A DNA stretch of 64,000 nt. It comes from Narcine bancroftii. Taxonomy: Eukaryota. The notes beneath the pieces were generated by a model, which searched no databases, was not told where the DNA came from, and was given only the letters and a program-made list of their open reading frames with translations. The translations under genes were made by a program, and so were the position numbers. This document shows, piece by piece, positions 1 to 13,672 of this stretch. How positions within the stretch are numbered: the stretch's first letter is position 1; the number at the start of each line of letters is the position of its first letter. Where the stretch lies: the NCBI RefSeq assembly GCF_036971445.1, contig NC_091476.1:131378001-131442000 (forward strand), written 5' to 3'.

Positions 1-510
1 TTCTTCTCAACAAGAAGTCTGCCAGAATGCTCCCACACCATTCGCACAAAACTTCCTTCCCATTCAAACCTTATTTCAGCAGTTTGCATCCATTATCTTT
101 TTCCATCTTCCCAGTGGTGCACTGCTGCTCCCAGAGTGTGACCTTCCCTCAGTCCTGGGCACTTGGCTCTGATGGAAGAAGAATGTGGCCTCGTTTCCAG
201 AAATGGGAAAATCCGAGGTGTGTGACCTCTGGGCTACAATCCATCCCAGGGGATGGATTGTAGCCCCCCTTACCATGTGACTCATCTTCCTCCACCTAAT
301 CCTTTACTACTCTAGCTTCTTGCTCCCTTTTTTTGGGAACCGTCCATCATTTTTCATCCCTTCCTGGTACACAAATCTCCTACCAGTCCCTGTCCTCCTC
401 CGCCCACCCTGACCTCATTACAGTGTCCATCTCTTAGTGCTGATGAAGGGTTTCAGATTGAAACTCCCACTAATGCTGCTCGACCTGCCACGTTCCTCCA
501 GCTGATGTGT
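1..510 (+). mobile_element. Penelope-like retroelement 3' remnant (degenerate GIY-YIG end plus pseudo-LTR)
   Basis: Decayed matches to the Penelope C-terminus (ctcagtcctgggc = LSVLG; ctgggctacaatccatcccaggggatg ~ LGTIHPRGM). Followed by a pyrimidine-rich 3' region, a CTGATGAAGGG..GAAAC motif (440-464) and the tail gatgctgc..gacctgc..ttcctccagc that recurs in this window. Confidence 0.55.
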
Positions 511-1159
511 GCACGCTCAATAAACGTCTGCAAAATGCACAGCCTTATCTCACTAGTCCCACTTCAGAGAAACCTGTTGAGACACTGCCTTTCATCAGTA
601 TGGAAATGAAATGAACCATTGCCCCTCCACTGCACTGCTCCATTACGCCGAACAAAGGAGAGATAGCAACCTGTCAGTGTGACAACTCTCTGATTTAATG
701 TTCTTTATCTCCCCGTTACTTATTTACCCGCAAGTTCTTTTTCCCCTACAAGATTAATGAGGGCGGATGCAACCAAGACAAGTAGCATAAATATGTTGAG
801 CAAACTTGCTGTCTGTAGCCTGGAGGTGTCCACGTGCAAACCTTATCAGCCTTGGAAGTGTAAATGTCCCTCAACAAGCTACAGTGAAATGAAGCACAGA
901 GTGCCGCACAGCAGCACGGGCTTCATGGCAAATAAAGATTGCACAGCTGACCCTGCAAACATTTATTTATTTGCTTAGACAGATAATGCAACATAACCTT
1001 GAGAGGCCAAATTCATTTCAGTATTCTGCCAAAGTGACACGATGGTTAAGTACAAGGTAACCACCCATGGGACATTGGTTTAAATCCTGTTCTCGCACCT
1101 GCCATTAACTAAATCTAGAATTAGCATGAGCCACAAATCCATCATTTTAATTTTTAATT

Positions 1160-1393
1160 TAATTTAGACAATAAGCAGGGTGAAAGGCCCTTTCAGCCCA
1201 CAAGCCCATGCCACCCAATTGACCTTTAACCCGATACATTTAGGAATGGTGAGAGAAAACTGGAGCATCCGGGGAAAAAACCCACACAGACATGGGGAGA
1301 ATGTACAAACTCCTCACAGATAGCCACTGGATTCGAACCAAGGCCACTGGCACTGTAACAACATTGCGCTCACCGATACGCTAACTGTGCCAT
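1160..1393 (-). mobile_element. tRNA-derived V-SINE (HE1-like)
   Basis: Perfect Pol III B box GGTTCGAATCC (1329-1339, -). V-domain core GAGTTTGTACATTCTCCCCATGTCTGTGTGGGTTT..CCGGATGCTCCAGTTT. CR1-like tail gggctgaaagggcc. Confidence 0.8.
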
Positions 1394-2464
1394 TGTGTGG
1401 GAAAAACCTAGTTCATTCAAGTCAGTAAAGGTCATTCCCATCCCAGTCTGGTCCATGGATATCTCCAGACCTACAGAGGCTGCGCCTAATTCGAACTGAT
1501 CTTTGAGAGTCCCCGCATCACTTGGTGCAATCAGATTGTCCACTGACTGAGGAGTGTGTGAAGGATGCAATTTCTGTGTTCATCAACTAAAAAGAAACAA
1601 TTCAGAGTTTGCAAGAATGTTTTGTCAGATGGGAAACAAAGGTAGAGAACAGGTTCTTGTTACATTTGCAATATTTCACCTTAAGTCACATTTTGTATTG
1701 AGGTAGGTTATTCAAAAATGTAAGAAATGCAGATGTTGAACTTCTGAAATAAGAACGGTAGATACTGGAAACAGTCAGCAGGCCACGCAGGCAGAATCAG
1801 TGGAGAGGAAGGGTTAATGTTTCAAGACAGAGGCTATCAGAATTGGGAGAGTGAAATAACAGGATTGGTTTAAACTGCAGTTAGGGAGAGGCAGGATGGA
1901 TAGGCCAAGGAAATATCTCTGAGAGGATGAGTCCAGGGATGCCATGGTGATAGCAGTTGAGAAAACTGTTGGGTTAATGAGGAAAGCTGGAGGAAACAAA
2001 GGCAAATGTAAACACTGTAAAATGCAAGCAGAAGGAGGAGGAAATACTCAGCAGGTTGGTCAGCATCAGTGAGAAAAGAGTACGCAAGTACTGGTATTTC
2101 AGAGTAAAACCTGGATTAGCCTTTGTCTTTGTCAAGGGTGCTGATAACACCTCGTTCCATCATACCATCACCAAACAACTGATTCTCACATGAAGGCAGA
2201 CAGTTATGAATTCAAATCCAGGTGAGTCGTTCCCAATCTCCTTCTTCACCAACATAATCAATGGAATGAACAGCTCATCCCACCAAGACTGCTCTTTCCC
2301 CACAGTGATTCATCAGGGTGGGGAATGGCTGTCATCTTAATCTCCTCCCCAGCTACACTGAGCACGTGGCCTCTTGTTCAGAGTTGGGTCACTCCCCCTC
2401 CACTGACCCACTCCTCAGCAAGGTGGGGCCTGGCTGCCATCTCAACTTTCCCAGCTAAATTTGA

Positions 2465-2728
2465 GTACAATCAGTTTAAAGTGAGTGGAGAAAACTTTAG
2501 AGGAGATGTCAGTGTTCATTTTTTTTTTACTGAGCATGGTGGGTGTCTAGAATGAATTACTGGAGGTGGTAGAGGAGGCTGGTAAAATTGGGACAGTCAA
2601 AAGACTCAGACATGCTCATGGATGTAAGGAAAATAGAGGGTTATGGGTATGAGGGAGGGAAAAGATAAATGATGTGGAGTACATGGTTTCCTTGGGTCGG
2701 CACAACATTACGAACTGAAAATGTTCTA
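2465..2728 (+). mobile_element. CR1 LINE 3' end fragment
   Basis: Homologous to 8770-9035 and 42315-42600 (tttaaagtgagtggagaaaactttagaggagatgtcag ... ggtcggcacaacat). Confidence 0.7.
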
Positions 2729-4644
2729 AAATGCTGAAAATAATCAGTGGGTGAGGCCGAACTGTGACCCAAGAAACCGGCTAACACTGTAGGCTGAGGT
2801 CCTTCCATCAGAACTGTGAACGTTTATGAAACAGGCAAGATGCAAGTTATAAGAGAGAGAGGCAGAGAGAATACGAGAGATATCGTTGACAGGGAGGACA
2901 CAAAATAGGCAAGAAGCAGTGTTAACACTTGTTAATGGCAACTAATCAGTCTGGAGGTGGTGTAGTGTGGAGGGGTGGGGGGGAGAGAGAGAGAAAAAAA
3001 TAGAGCAGAGAAACAAAAAAAGTCTTTAGTCTCAATAAAGGGTCCAAACCCAAAACGATGACTAACCATTTCTACCCACAGATGCTACCTGACCTGTAGC
3101 TCATTGTTGGCTCACAAAATCACTGTGGATCTGTGAGATACATGAATGCTGGGTTTGGTCACATTAGCAGACAAATCGGTTACTTTTCAACATCCTTTTG
3201 AATTTGCAATCCCATATCCTATTCTCCTATAAATAGATTTACACTAATCTTCCAGATAGATGCATTTTGCACATTATTTACGATATTATGTGTCTCATCC
3301 CTTTCAGGACTAGAAAACAATCTATTCTTGGACATTAGGATAATCTTGGGAATGAATTTCATTAGATTGTATCCATGTCCCTCTGTCTCCTGAGAAACAG
3401 AATGACCCTGGATGAGTTGCAGTGCCTCCAAAATGTACAGGGCTGTTAGCTTAATTGGGTGGCATGGGTTTTATGGGCCGGAAAGGTCTCCTTCTGTGCT
3501 GTATCATTAAAATTTAAAAAATAGGCAAAAAGATTGCAGAGCTTCACAGATTTATCCTGACTGTGAAGAAAAGAAAGTTTTATTTAGTTATTCCACATCT
3601 ATAGAAGTGCATTCAGACTCGAATGAATTATCAGTAGATCAGTTCCAAACCTAGAACTCAATCGATAGATGCAGGAGAGAAAATGGGAGCATCTCAAAAG
3701 TTTGCGAGAGTTGCCCTCAAGAGCTCCATATGCTTGGCCTGTCTGGTGGAACGGGAAGTTGGTGGTTGTGCTGCCAGTGAATTGTCTGATCAGAGGTGCC
3801 CCTCAATTACAAGCAGCTAACAGATGGTCTGCACCATATGGGATGAGAGAAATAAAATCAAAACAATCCTATAAATTAGCACAGACACCACCTTCAGACA
3901 TGGAAGAATAGACGATGAGCTCCACTGTCGAATGAATCTGGCAGCAATGGTGAATAGGATGTGTGGGAACCCCTATGTAATTACTAACTCTGGTCTCTAT
4001 CGCTTCTGTTTTCCCACACCATTTCACATCTCGGCTTGCCTTCAGTTGAAGAAATTTTAGCAATGATAAGCTTTCATTTGACGTGCTCAGAAAAAGCCAG
4101 ACTGCAGCCTGCTGAAATCCTTCAAGTTGCATTGGCTGGGAACGTCGGCGACCTTCCAAAGGGAGTGGGCTTCCATGGGAAAAACTGGGAAAATTTGGAG
4201 GTGCAGGGGAAAGGCAGAAGGAACAAATGCAACAGGGCAGCACAGAAGGTACTACTGCTGGATCTCAGATCCTGACTTCAGTTGCTTTCTGCGCAGTTCC
4301 CACAGTCTCTGCATGACTGCTTGGATTACCCCCAGGTGATCCGATTTCCTCCCACATCCCAACAATAAGCCAGAAAGTCAGCTTACCATTGTAACCATAA
4401 GGGTAGGTTAAAGGTATGAATAACCAAATTAGAAGTTGGGTTTGTTGATGGGCATGTGAGAGTACATTGGGGGAGGGGGAGGGGTGTAGAGAAACAGGGA
4501 GCTGGAGCTAGCTTGCACCCAATAGGCTCAATGGCCTCTTGCAGTGTCCTTACAAGAGGAAGGAGAGTGTACAAAAGAGTGGAGACTGGAAGGGAGTGAA
4601 TGGCACAGGTGGTGGTGGTGGTGTCATCTGAACGGTGGTGAAGG

Positions 4645-5905
4645 CCTTCTAATGCCTTCTTCTAGCTCTCCTAAGATCTTTCTTAAGTTCTTTTCTAGCT
4701 ACCTATACATGAGCCCTTCCCGACTTTTGCTTTCTAAACATTTCTTCTTTCTCTTAACTACCTGTCTCTCCTCCTTTGTCAACCACAGTTCCCTTATCCA
4801 TCCAACTTTTCCGTCTCATTGGGACAAACACATCCAGAATCCTGCACAGTGGTCTCTAAGCATTCTCCATATTGCCTCTGTACTTTTCCCAGAGAATATC
4901 TGTTCCTCATTTACTCTCTCCAGTTCCTGCCTGATGCCATCACAATTAAAACTCCGTTAATTAAAAAACATTCCCATTTTGTCTACTCCTATCCTTGCTC
5001 ATAGCTATGCAAACGCTCAGAGAGTTGAGACCACTTTCACTAAAATGCTCCCCTACCAAGAGATCTGTCACCTGACCAGGTTCATTCATAGTACTAGACC
5101 TAGTTTGGTCTCTCCACCACTGCATCAGGAATCCCTTTGGATACACTTTTCAAATTCTGCTCCATCAGTCCCTCTTGCAGTAAGGAGGTCCCAGTCAATA
5201 GTAGGGAAGTTGAAGTTTCCCGTAACAACAACCCTGTTAATTTTGCACCTTTCCAAAATCTGCCTACTTATCAGTGTACCATGGGTTATTTGTGGGCCTA
5301 TAGATTGCTCCCAATACAGTAATCACTCCCTTGCTGTTTCTGGCTTCCACCCACACTTCCAATCAAGACAATGGACAATCCCTCCATAATGTCCTCCCTT
5401 TCTGTAGCTGTAATACAATCTTTGATTTATAATGTAACCCCCCCACCCCCCCAACCTCTTTTACCTCCCTTTCTATCCCTTTTAAAATATCTAAACCCCG
5501 GTACCTGCATCAGCCAATCCTATCCATCAGTCAAGTCTCTGTAACAGCAACAACAATGTAATTCCACGCACTGATTCATGTTCTAAGTTCATCTCCCTTC
5601 TAATATTTCTTGCATTACAGTAAACACATTTCAATTCTTCCAAGTGACTACATTTATACTTACTCCACTGCCCATCCTTCCTCGCAAACTCAAAACACAT
5701 TGCGTGATCTTTTCCTCTACCTGCCCTATTCTCTACCCAATTATTCTGCTTCCCAGCCCCCGACCAAACTAGTTTAAACCCACCCCAACAGCTCTAATAA
5801 ATCTGTCCCCCAAGATATTGGTTCCCTTCCAGTTCAGGTGCAACTTGTCCTTTCACTACAGCTTGTACCTTTCCCAGAAGAGATCCCAATGATCCAGAAA
5901 CCTGC
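4645..5905 (-). mobile_element. Degenerate CR1 LINE internal fragment (end of ORF1 plus ORF2 endonuclease region)
   Basis: Minus-strand remnants of CR1 endonuclease motifs: CNARNIR ~ NARSI near 5610, GNFNFPTIDWD near 5190-5222, DLLVG..FSES, and a KRKKK basic stretch. The 5760-5900 segment resembles the ORF1 esterase end. Many stops and frameshifts. Confidence 0.7.
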
Positions 5906-6911
5906 CTGCAGCCAGTTATACAGCCATGCATACATCTGTAAGTCATCCAAAAGAATCAGGCGCCCATCGCCCTCACCCTAGTCAGGTGCCCGTCGCTCCG
6001 ATCAAGTGTTCATCCCCCTCACACCGATCAGGTGTGCTACCAAGCAGTTACTCAATCACCTGGCGTGGTAGGCGTGGAGTATCCCACACCTTCAGCTTTA
6101 CCTACACTGAAATGGACGAACCATAACTGAATCCTTCTGCATCGGGAAGAAGTGTTGGTGTCCCTGGATAAAGAAAGTTGAAGGACTGGTGTTATATCTT
6201 TAACCTATTAACATTAGTAAACTTTAGTCCTTGATACAAATCTGCTTGCAAATCAATGAGGCAATGTCAACTGCTGCCACACTGGATGATCCAAGGGAAA
6301 GGAGAGATTTCTGACAACATCTTTCAAGAAAATAAACTTGAGCAGGTTAGCACCATGTCAACTTAACAGCAGTATGAAATAACCTCCAACAAAAGAAGTT
6401 CTTCTACAGGAAGGCAACATTTAGCCACATTCAACAGCTTCAATGTGGGCTGTCAAAATATAAAGGCAGGACTAAATGTAATCCTCTAATCAAACCCTAC
6501 ACTTAAAAGGAAATCTCAGCCCATACACCCTTTACATAGAATCTGCAAATAGAGTTCCTGTGTTCAACACTGGCCTTGCCATTCTTGGGGAAGTTTCTTG
6601 TAACATTAAATACTGAAGCAGCAATTTGTGCCTTCTCGAGTAGTAATGAGTCAGAAATGAGGGTCTTACAGATAGAATTAATGAATGAGAGGTTATTCCC
6701 TTGTGACTCAGGGGCTCCACCCACTGTGCCTAAAGTTGAATACAATGGCTCGATAAATCTTGCTGCATTTTTGGTGCTGTTTTTTATACCATTCCACATT
6801 TGGCAGCTGAAATCTCAAACTGCTAGTATTAATGCCCACTTGTCATGTATTCAACCGAGAAAGGTTTTTTTTTCCCCAGGGGATGTGGTGTTCACAGGTT
6901 GAGCCGGTATT

Positions 6912-7670
6912 TCATTGCCCAAACCAAAATGTCCTCAAGAAGGTGACAGGGAGTTGCCTTCTTGAACTGCTGCAGCCGTTGATGTGTGGGTCATTGGTGA
7001 GGTAGTTCAAGGATTTGGACCCAGAGATGGCAAAGGAACGGTGAGCTATTTCCAAGTCAGAACGATGTGTGGGTTGGACTCCAGGGGTGGAGTCCTCGTG
7101 CTTTTGCTTTCTCTGTTGCTGGAGGAGGAAGTGGGTTTGGAAGGTGTTCTCTCTAAGGAGTCTTGGTGAATGCATCCTGTAGACGGTACAACCTGCTGAG
7201 TGTGGGTGGGGGAGTGAGGGAATGTGTGGGGGTGGGGTGTCTATTGATCGAGCTGCTGCATCCTGTGTGGTGTTAAGCTTCCTGGAAATTGTTGAAGCGG
7301 CACTCACCCAGGCCTGCGGAGAGTGTTCCCTCACTCTCCTCACTGACTTGTGCTGCGTAGCGGGGGGGGGGGGGGGCAGGCTTGGTGGAGTTTGGAGGTG
7401 AGCACCTAACCTCAGAATTCCCAGCCTCTGACCTACTCTTGTGGCCACACTGTGGCCAGGGTTCTGGTCGATGGCGACACCCCAGGATATTAAAGTGGGG
7501 GGGGGGGGGGGGGGGCGCTTGGTAATGGTCAGGGTCACTGAATCTCTCTCTCTGTGGGTGAGAGCTGGATTTTCTCTCGGTGGATCTCGTTATGGCCTGC
7601 CACTTGTTTGGCGTACATATTACCTATCAGCCCAGGCATGAGTGTTGTGCAGGTCTTGCTGCATTTATTT
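6912..7670 (-). mobile_element. L2/CR1-group LINE 3' fragment (ORF2 C-terminus plus 3' UTR)
   Basis: ORF 6912-7538 contains GVAIDQN..ATRVGQRLGILR..KSVRRVREHSPQAWVSAA..RKLNTTQDAAARSI, the typical post-RT region of L2/CR1-type ORF2. The same family occurs at 38620-39620 and 28100-28225. Confidence 0.7.
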
Positions 7671-8580
7671 GAGATGTCCTGGTACCAGGAAACTATTTTG
7701 CCAACAGATTAAGGCACACAAACAAAAATCCCTTGCATGGCTTATTGTAACTGAGAGTGGTACAAAACTGGATGTTATACTTCAGGCAAAGTTGCAAACT
7801 ACAGAATAGCATCACGGTGCAAGCTGATTAGCGTGGCACCAGAAATAATCTGGAACATGGTGCATTGGATTCCTGAAGGCAAGACAATGGCTTGGACAAA
7901 AGGAGGAGCATTCATGGGGTGAGGGTTGCTGGCAGGAGCCCCTTGTTAAACCTGAGATGAGCAGCAACCACCCTGGTGACAAGGTGTTCCAGGATGGGGA
8001 TATCCATGGCCATTGCAGGACGGCACGGCTGGAGATAGAATTGCCTCACATCTGCTGCACCTCCTCTAGGAGGTCGTGGAACCCTCTGCCTCCCTCAGCT
8101 TCTATCCAGTTGTTCAGCAGGAAGTGGCAGAGTGATCAGGACAATAAGTGGAACAAACCCCACCCCCTCCCCTGAACCCCAGCAACGAAAGGCTGGAGTC
8201 ACAGGTTCCACCAGCAGCTGCAACCCAACACTCCGACAACAATGGAACCATCTGATGAAGATTATGGAACCAAACCTTTGACAAAATTCTTTCTGGAAAG
8301 TCCCCTTCACCAACACTGCAGGGTCCATCCTAATGAGTGGGTATCTTCCCCTTGGAGTGGGGCTCGAGTTGCGTAACTCTCAACCCCTACACATCTAGCA
8401 GTTTGGAGTCAGAATTCATTGCATCTTGACAACGTTTAGATGTGTGGGGTCAAGTTGGATGAAATCCAACTCTCTCACATCCTGATCTTAGCTTTATACA
8501 AAAGCTTTATACAAAATCATGACACATCCATTAATGCTGATCCCATTTTATTCTCAGCACATTCCCATCAACAGGGTCCC

Positions 8581-9036
8581 ATTTACTAGGATGTTGCCTG
8601 GATTGGAAAGCAAGTCTACGAGGCAAGGTTAGTGGACTTGGGACTTTTCTCTCTGTAGAGAAGGATAAGAGTTGACTTAATAGAGGTTTACAAGCTTTGA
8701 GAGGCATAGATAAGGTAGACAGCCAGCAACTTTTTCACAGGGTGAGAGTTGCAAACACCAGAGGATATTTGTACAAAGAAAAGGGAGGAAAGTTTATGGG
8801 AGACTTCAGTGTTTTTTTAAATTTAAATATGCAGTGAGTCGTGGGTGCCTGGAATGCCTTGCCAGGGATGGTGGTGGAGACTGAAACATTAGACAAGAGA
8901 CACTTAGACAAGCACATGGATGAAAGGAAAAATTGAGGGTCACGAGGTAGGAAAGGTTTAACTTTTTTTTAGTAGGAATATATAGGTCAGCACAACATTG
9001 TGGGCTGAAGGGCCTGTACTATGCTGTAATGTTCTA
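8581..9036 (+). mobile_element. CR1 LINE 3' end
   Basis: Translates FTRMLPGLE..YEARL..LGLFSL..LIEVYK..RGIDKVD (CR1 ORF2 C-terminus). The 3' UTR ends gggctgaagggcctgtactatgctgtaatgttcta. Confidence 0.85.
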
Positions 9037-10924
9037 GGTTGAAACACCCCTAAGACTGCACTACTCACCTACACACCACGGGCAGCTTACAACAGCCAGT
9101 AAACCCAACTACCCGCATTGGCTTGGAAATCACCACCAAAATAGTCACAGGGAGAACACACCGACAGTACTCGAGGTCAGCTTTGAACCCGGGTCTCTGC
9201 AGTTCTGAGGCAGGTGTCCTACCCCCTCTACTAGTACCAGTCAGGGCTCTGTCATCTTAGCTCTGAACTTCAGAGTCATTTTCAAAGAGAACATGAAACT
9301 ATTCACAAATGCAGAAGTGGAAAGATTAAACAAATAAAACTCACCAAGAAATTGCTGAAGTAAAACAGATTTCTGCCAATATTACATATCTCAGCAAATC
9401 TGAGGGCTTACAAAGACAGCAATTTTAACCACACCCACAAGCAACCAAAGTGTGAGGAGAATTAGTCCTAAATCTCCTTCAATATTTTCCCAGGTCTATA
9501 CGATGCCACAATGACTAGTTTAAGACACAAACAACCACCTATTTCAGTCCCTACTTTAATTAAAGTCATTCCAGCTGAGACTCATATATGCCCACTGCCT
9601 GCTCTCCATAGGAATCAGATTTTATTGGTGGCTGGATTAGAATTCTGAACCAAATCAATCATAATTTTTCCTTTTGCAGATGAGAATGTGTGTACTTCAG
9701 AATGGTGGCAAACCCTCCAGAAATGGGTTCTGAATGGGAAAATTAAGCTGTCTGCCTGTGAGCCTATGGCTTAATGTGACTCTGGGCTGGATTAGCCCAT
9801 CCTCCCAAGGGCCTGACCAGTGTAGCTGGTAGAAAGGTTTTGCTGGATTAGGGAAAAGAAGTCATGGCTAACTATCTCCTTGGTGATGACGTCAACAAGC
9901 TCCTGATTTAACTACTTGGCAAAGACAAATCTGGATTCCCATCATGGCTCACAGCTGACTCCTCGTGCCCTGGAAAGCTCCCAGGTCCAATAGCTGATAA
10001 TGAAAAAGCATCCAGTGTAGATGAGTACAGGTGATGACCAAGGCAAACAGCTCTAAATAAACATTGGAAATATTGACATATATAAAAAATGCCAAAGAAT
10101 AAAAGACCTGTGGATATGAAAAAGCACTAAGCAATTAGCACAACGTTCAATGAAAGACTAGCTACTTTGTGAGGTAACTTCAATCCATATTACAGTTTGA
10201 AAGAATGTCCATTCACTAGAATCTAAAAGCTACTTCCTGGTTTTTACATAAACCAAAGAACTGACCAATCATTAGGAAGTGGTAGGAAATAGGAGCACCC
10301 AGGGGAAACTCAAGCAGTCACAAACTCTACACGGGCAGCCCTATGGTCAGAGAGTTCATGAGCACCATGTTTGTGGGACGCCCATTACTTGCCAATGAGC
10401 AGCCCATTCCTGAAACTTGTCACACAGAGATGAATTAATTCACCGGCTGCATTACAAAGCCTCTTATATGCGACAGGTGGTCTACAAAGTCCTCTGTAAA
10501 ATAAAATTTTTCTGTACTGTGACCAGGAGCATAAAGTCAATATCACCACCAGATCTTCTTTCTCTGCAAAAAGTTTGATTTATTTCATACCCTTGGTTCA
10601 TACTCTTCCACTGTCAATTATGCCAAAACTAATTAAATTTTATTTAACATTTTTCCAACTGATTGCAAACACAATCTACAATATAACTGCCGTGTCCCCA
10701 ACTGTGCTCAAACTTTCAGCTTAAATAAGGAGACCAACATTAAATTTTGATACCAAGGTCATTAATAAAAAGCACAAAAGATACTTCTGTAATAAATGCT
10801 ACAGAAAGCCAAAGATTTCCTCCATTTCATCAGTCATTCCTGTTCCCAAGTGCATTTTTGCTACTTTGTAATCAACTAATTTCAGATGCCTGTTCTGTGC
10901 TGGACTGACGCTAACAGAGTCTGC

Positions 10925-11136
10925 ATGCTAACAGACTCTTCTGACCCACAAGCCCGCAGCACCCAAATACACCCACATGACCATTAACCTACAACCCCTG
11001 TATGTTTTGAATGGTGCGAGGAAACTGATGCAGATGTAGGGAGAATGTACAAACTACTTAGACAGTGCTGGATTCAAACCTGGATCGCCTGCGTTATAAT
11101 AGTTTTATGTTAGCTACTACGGTAATCGGGCTGCCA
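10925..11136 (-). mobile_element. V-SINE copy
   Basis: Homologous to 1160-1393. B-box-like GGTTTGAATCC and gtttgtacattctccc core. Confidence 0.7.
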
Positions 11137-13254
11137 TTTAAAAAAAAAAGATTTTTATAATTTAATTAACCTTTCCCAGGGATACTCCAGAAAATAAAAT
11201 CTAGATTTCATATGAGTGCATGCGAATCTGTACACCAGGTTGTTTGGGGAGAGGCAGTAACCAACCTCTTTCTTCCATAGAGACGGCAAGGTAAAGGAGC
11301 TGTGGGGACCCAGGATACTCTGGCCAGGCTTGACACCATATACCGCCGATTAGTCAACGCTTATGACATCTTCCATCCCAAGGCTCTCAGTCACCCATCA
11401 AGAATCAAAACTGCAGGCGTGATAGAGAGCGAATGTTCAGGACTTTAGGGAGTCTGGATACATCTGGAATGTTTTCTGACTTTGACGATGTCACTGTTAA
11501 AGCATTCCCCTAACAACAGAGGCTTTCACCTGGGTAGATGGCATGTAACTATCTGAGGCCGATGCCATTGTCACCTGACGTGGACAGCGTTTGAGTGGAT
11601 CAGTGTCAGCTGTCATATCAAGCGCTTACAACTTAAATATTCACATCACATAACTTTGGAATTATAGCTCATTAATCCAGAAAAACTCGTTAATTCATTG
11701 CACTTGATTAGTCAATGCTTGCTTGGCAGGGAGACCGCGGTTGCTTAGCACAGCTGCGGGGGAATTCATTTTAAACATCGCCAAATGCCAAACCACATTA
11801 AATTGACAAAGATTAGCAACTGGCAATGTGTCTGGACACAGGCTGATATCAGGACCGTGCCAGTCACATGGCATTCCTGCAGGCTCTCGGATTTGGTACT
11901 CACCAGAGAGCCGCCAGGGCAAACCACTTGATTAGCAATCTGCCAAGCTGTCTGAAGACAGCTTTGTGAATCTACCTCCAGTGAAGTTCAGCCACCCCAG
12001 AACTAGGAGCCATTGAGTATGCACAATTTACAACACTCCCTCATTTCTTCCTAACATTTATTCAAGGAGATTTTCCCTCCCAACCCGGTGTCTGGATTTG
12101 TTCAATAAACAGAGAAGTTAAAGGGACAGAGCAAGGGTCAGAGAAATGAGCCCAATGTGGAGGACAACAAAGCTATCCATTCCCACAGGCCCATCCTAAT
12201 GCTGCTCTTCCTGTGACACCAGCGGCCAATTATAATATGGCCAGTTGGCAGGCAATGGGTGAATTAAGGGCAGTGAACTTCTGACTCACTTGCAAAGGCC
12301 ATATGGGTGAAACGCAAAAGCCTGCAGTTGATGTGATTTTAGTCAAAGTACAGAAATGCTGGAGGAACTCTGCTGGTCTTGCAGTCTCCATATATTTCCA
12401 ACAGTTCTTGTCCGAGCCCTTTCTCAAGGCTTTATAGATCCCTGGATGCGTGGAGAGAGAGGAGGTTCTGGAGAGATTTAAAAGGGACTGGAGGTCAACA
12501 TTTTTTATTATTTAGAGGGTGAAGCCATCAGAGGGAGCTATTATGATGTTCAAAAGTCATTTGGATAGGGAGGGTTTAGAAGCACACGGATCAAATTCAG
12601 GCAAATGGAACCAGCCCAGAGTGAAACCTCAGCACATACAAAGGGCCTGTTGCGTGCCTCTCAGCTAATGAATAGCTTTTGGTTTAGTTGCTGCTGTGAT
12701 GTGAGAAATGCTATACAGTGTAGCAATTTCAACCGTAAAGCAACCTATGAACAAACTGCCTGCAGATAGAAACTTGGACAATGGTGTTCATCAACTGAAT
12801 CTGTTTGGTAATTTTCAGAAAATATTAACTGGGAGAATGTTATTTGAGCTTGCTTACTTCTCAGGGGAAAAGATTGAAGGCCAAGGTACCTAAAAGCTCG
12901 TGAACAAGTAGTTCATCTGCATCCTTCATTCAGTTCACATGCTCAGAATCATCCTTGTTATCTGTATTCTGTACTTTGTGTAATTGTACTTGTGTAATTG
13001 AACTTCTTCATTGGCAATTTCACGTCTGAACTAATTGGATCTTGTCTACTTGACAAGGGACATGTAATAGTTTAATTCCATTTCAAATTGCACTTCACTC
13101 ACTGTGCTTGAATGTTCAGTTATAATCTCGGAAACTTTCCATCAAAGACGCACATCATATCTATTTTCCTTGATAGTTGGATTTACTCTGGACAACTGAA
13201 CTGTTGTTTCATCTCCCACAATCTTCAAGGTAGAATGTTAAGCGAACGAGAAGC

Positions 13255-13672
13255 TAGAGGGACTCAGCAGGTCAGGCAGCATCCATGGTGAGAAATAGTC
13301 TATCCTCTGCTTTCTCCTTTGCTCTGATGAAACCAAACACACATTTGAAGGGCCCGGTATCAGTATTCAGCTTGTGTATCTGACATCCCAATGATATGAA
13401 TGCTGGATTTTCCAGTTTCAGGAAAATCACACCTTTGATGTTCTCACAAATACAAATACACACCCATCTAGTTTTCTTCTCCACTTCTTTGGCTCTGCTT
13501 TCCCCATTTGGTTCCACCCCCACCCTACTATCCTCTATCCCTGTCCCCCTTTGTACTGCTATACACTGGCCCTTCCTTCCTCTCCCCGACCCCAATCCGA
13601 ACACGAAACATCCACTTATACCTTTGCCCTCCAAGGGTGCCATTTGAACCAATGAATTCTTCCAGCATTTGC
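13255..13672 (+). mobile_element. Penelope-like remnant
   Basis: 13364-13421 reads VFSLCI*HPNDMNAGFSSFR, resembling the Penelope GIY-YIG C-terminal motif LIFRLGxLxPxGMNIEFSNF. Followed by a pyrimidine-rich UTR and the tail aattcttccagcattt. Confidence 0.6.

Noticed and set aside
1329-1393. tRNA gene suggested by the perfect B box
   Set aside because: It is the tRNA-derived head of a SINE, with no complete cloverleaf.
9335-9370. Possible 10-nt minus-strand microexon (ttttacttcAG|caatttcttg|GTGAGT)
   Set aside because: It is not frame-preserving and too short to distinguish from chance without RNA data.
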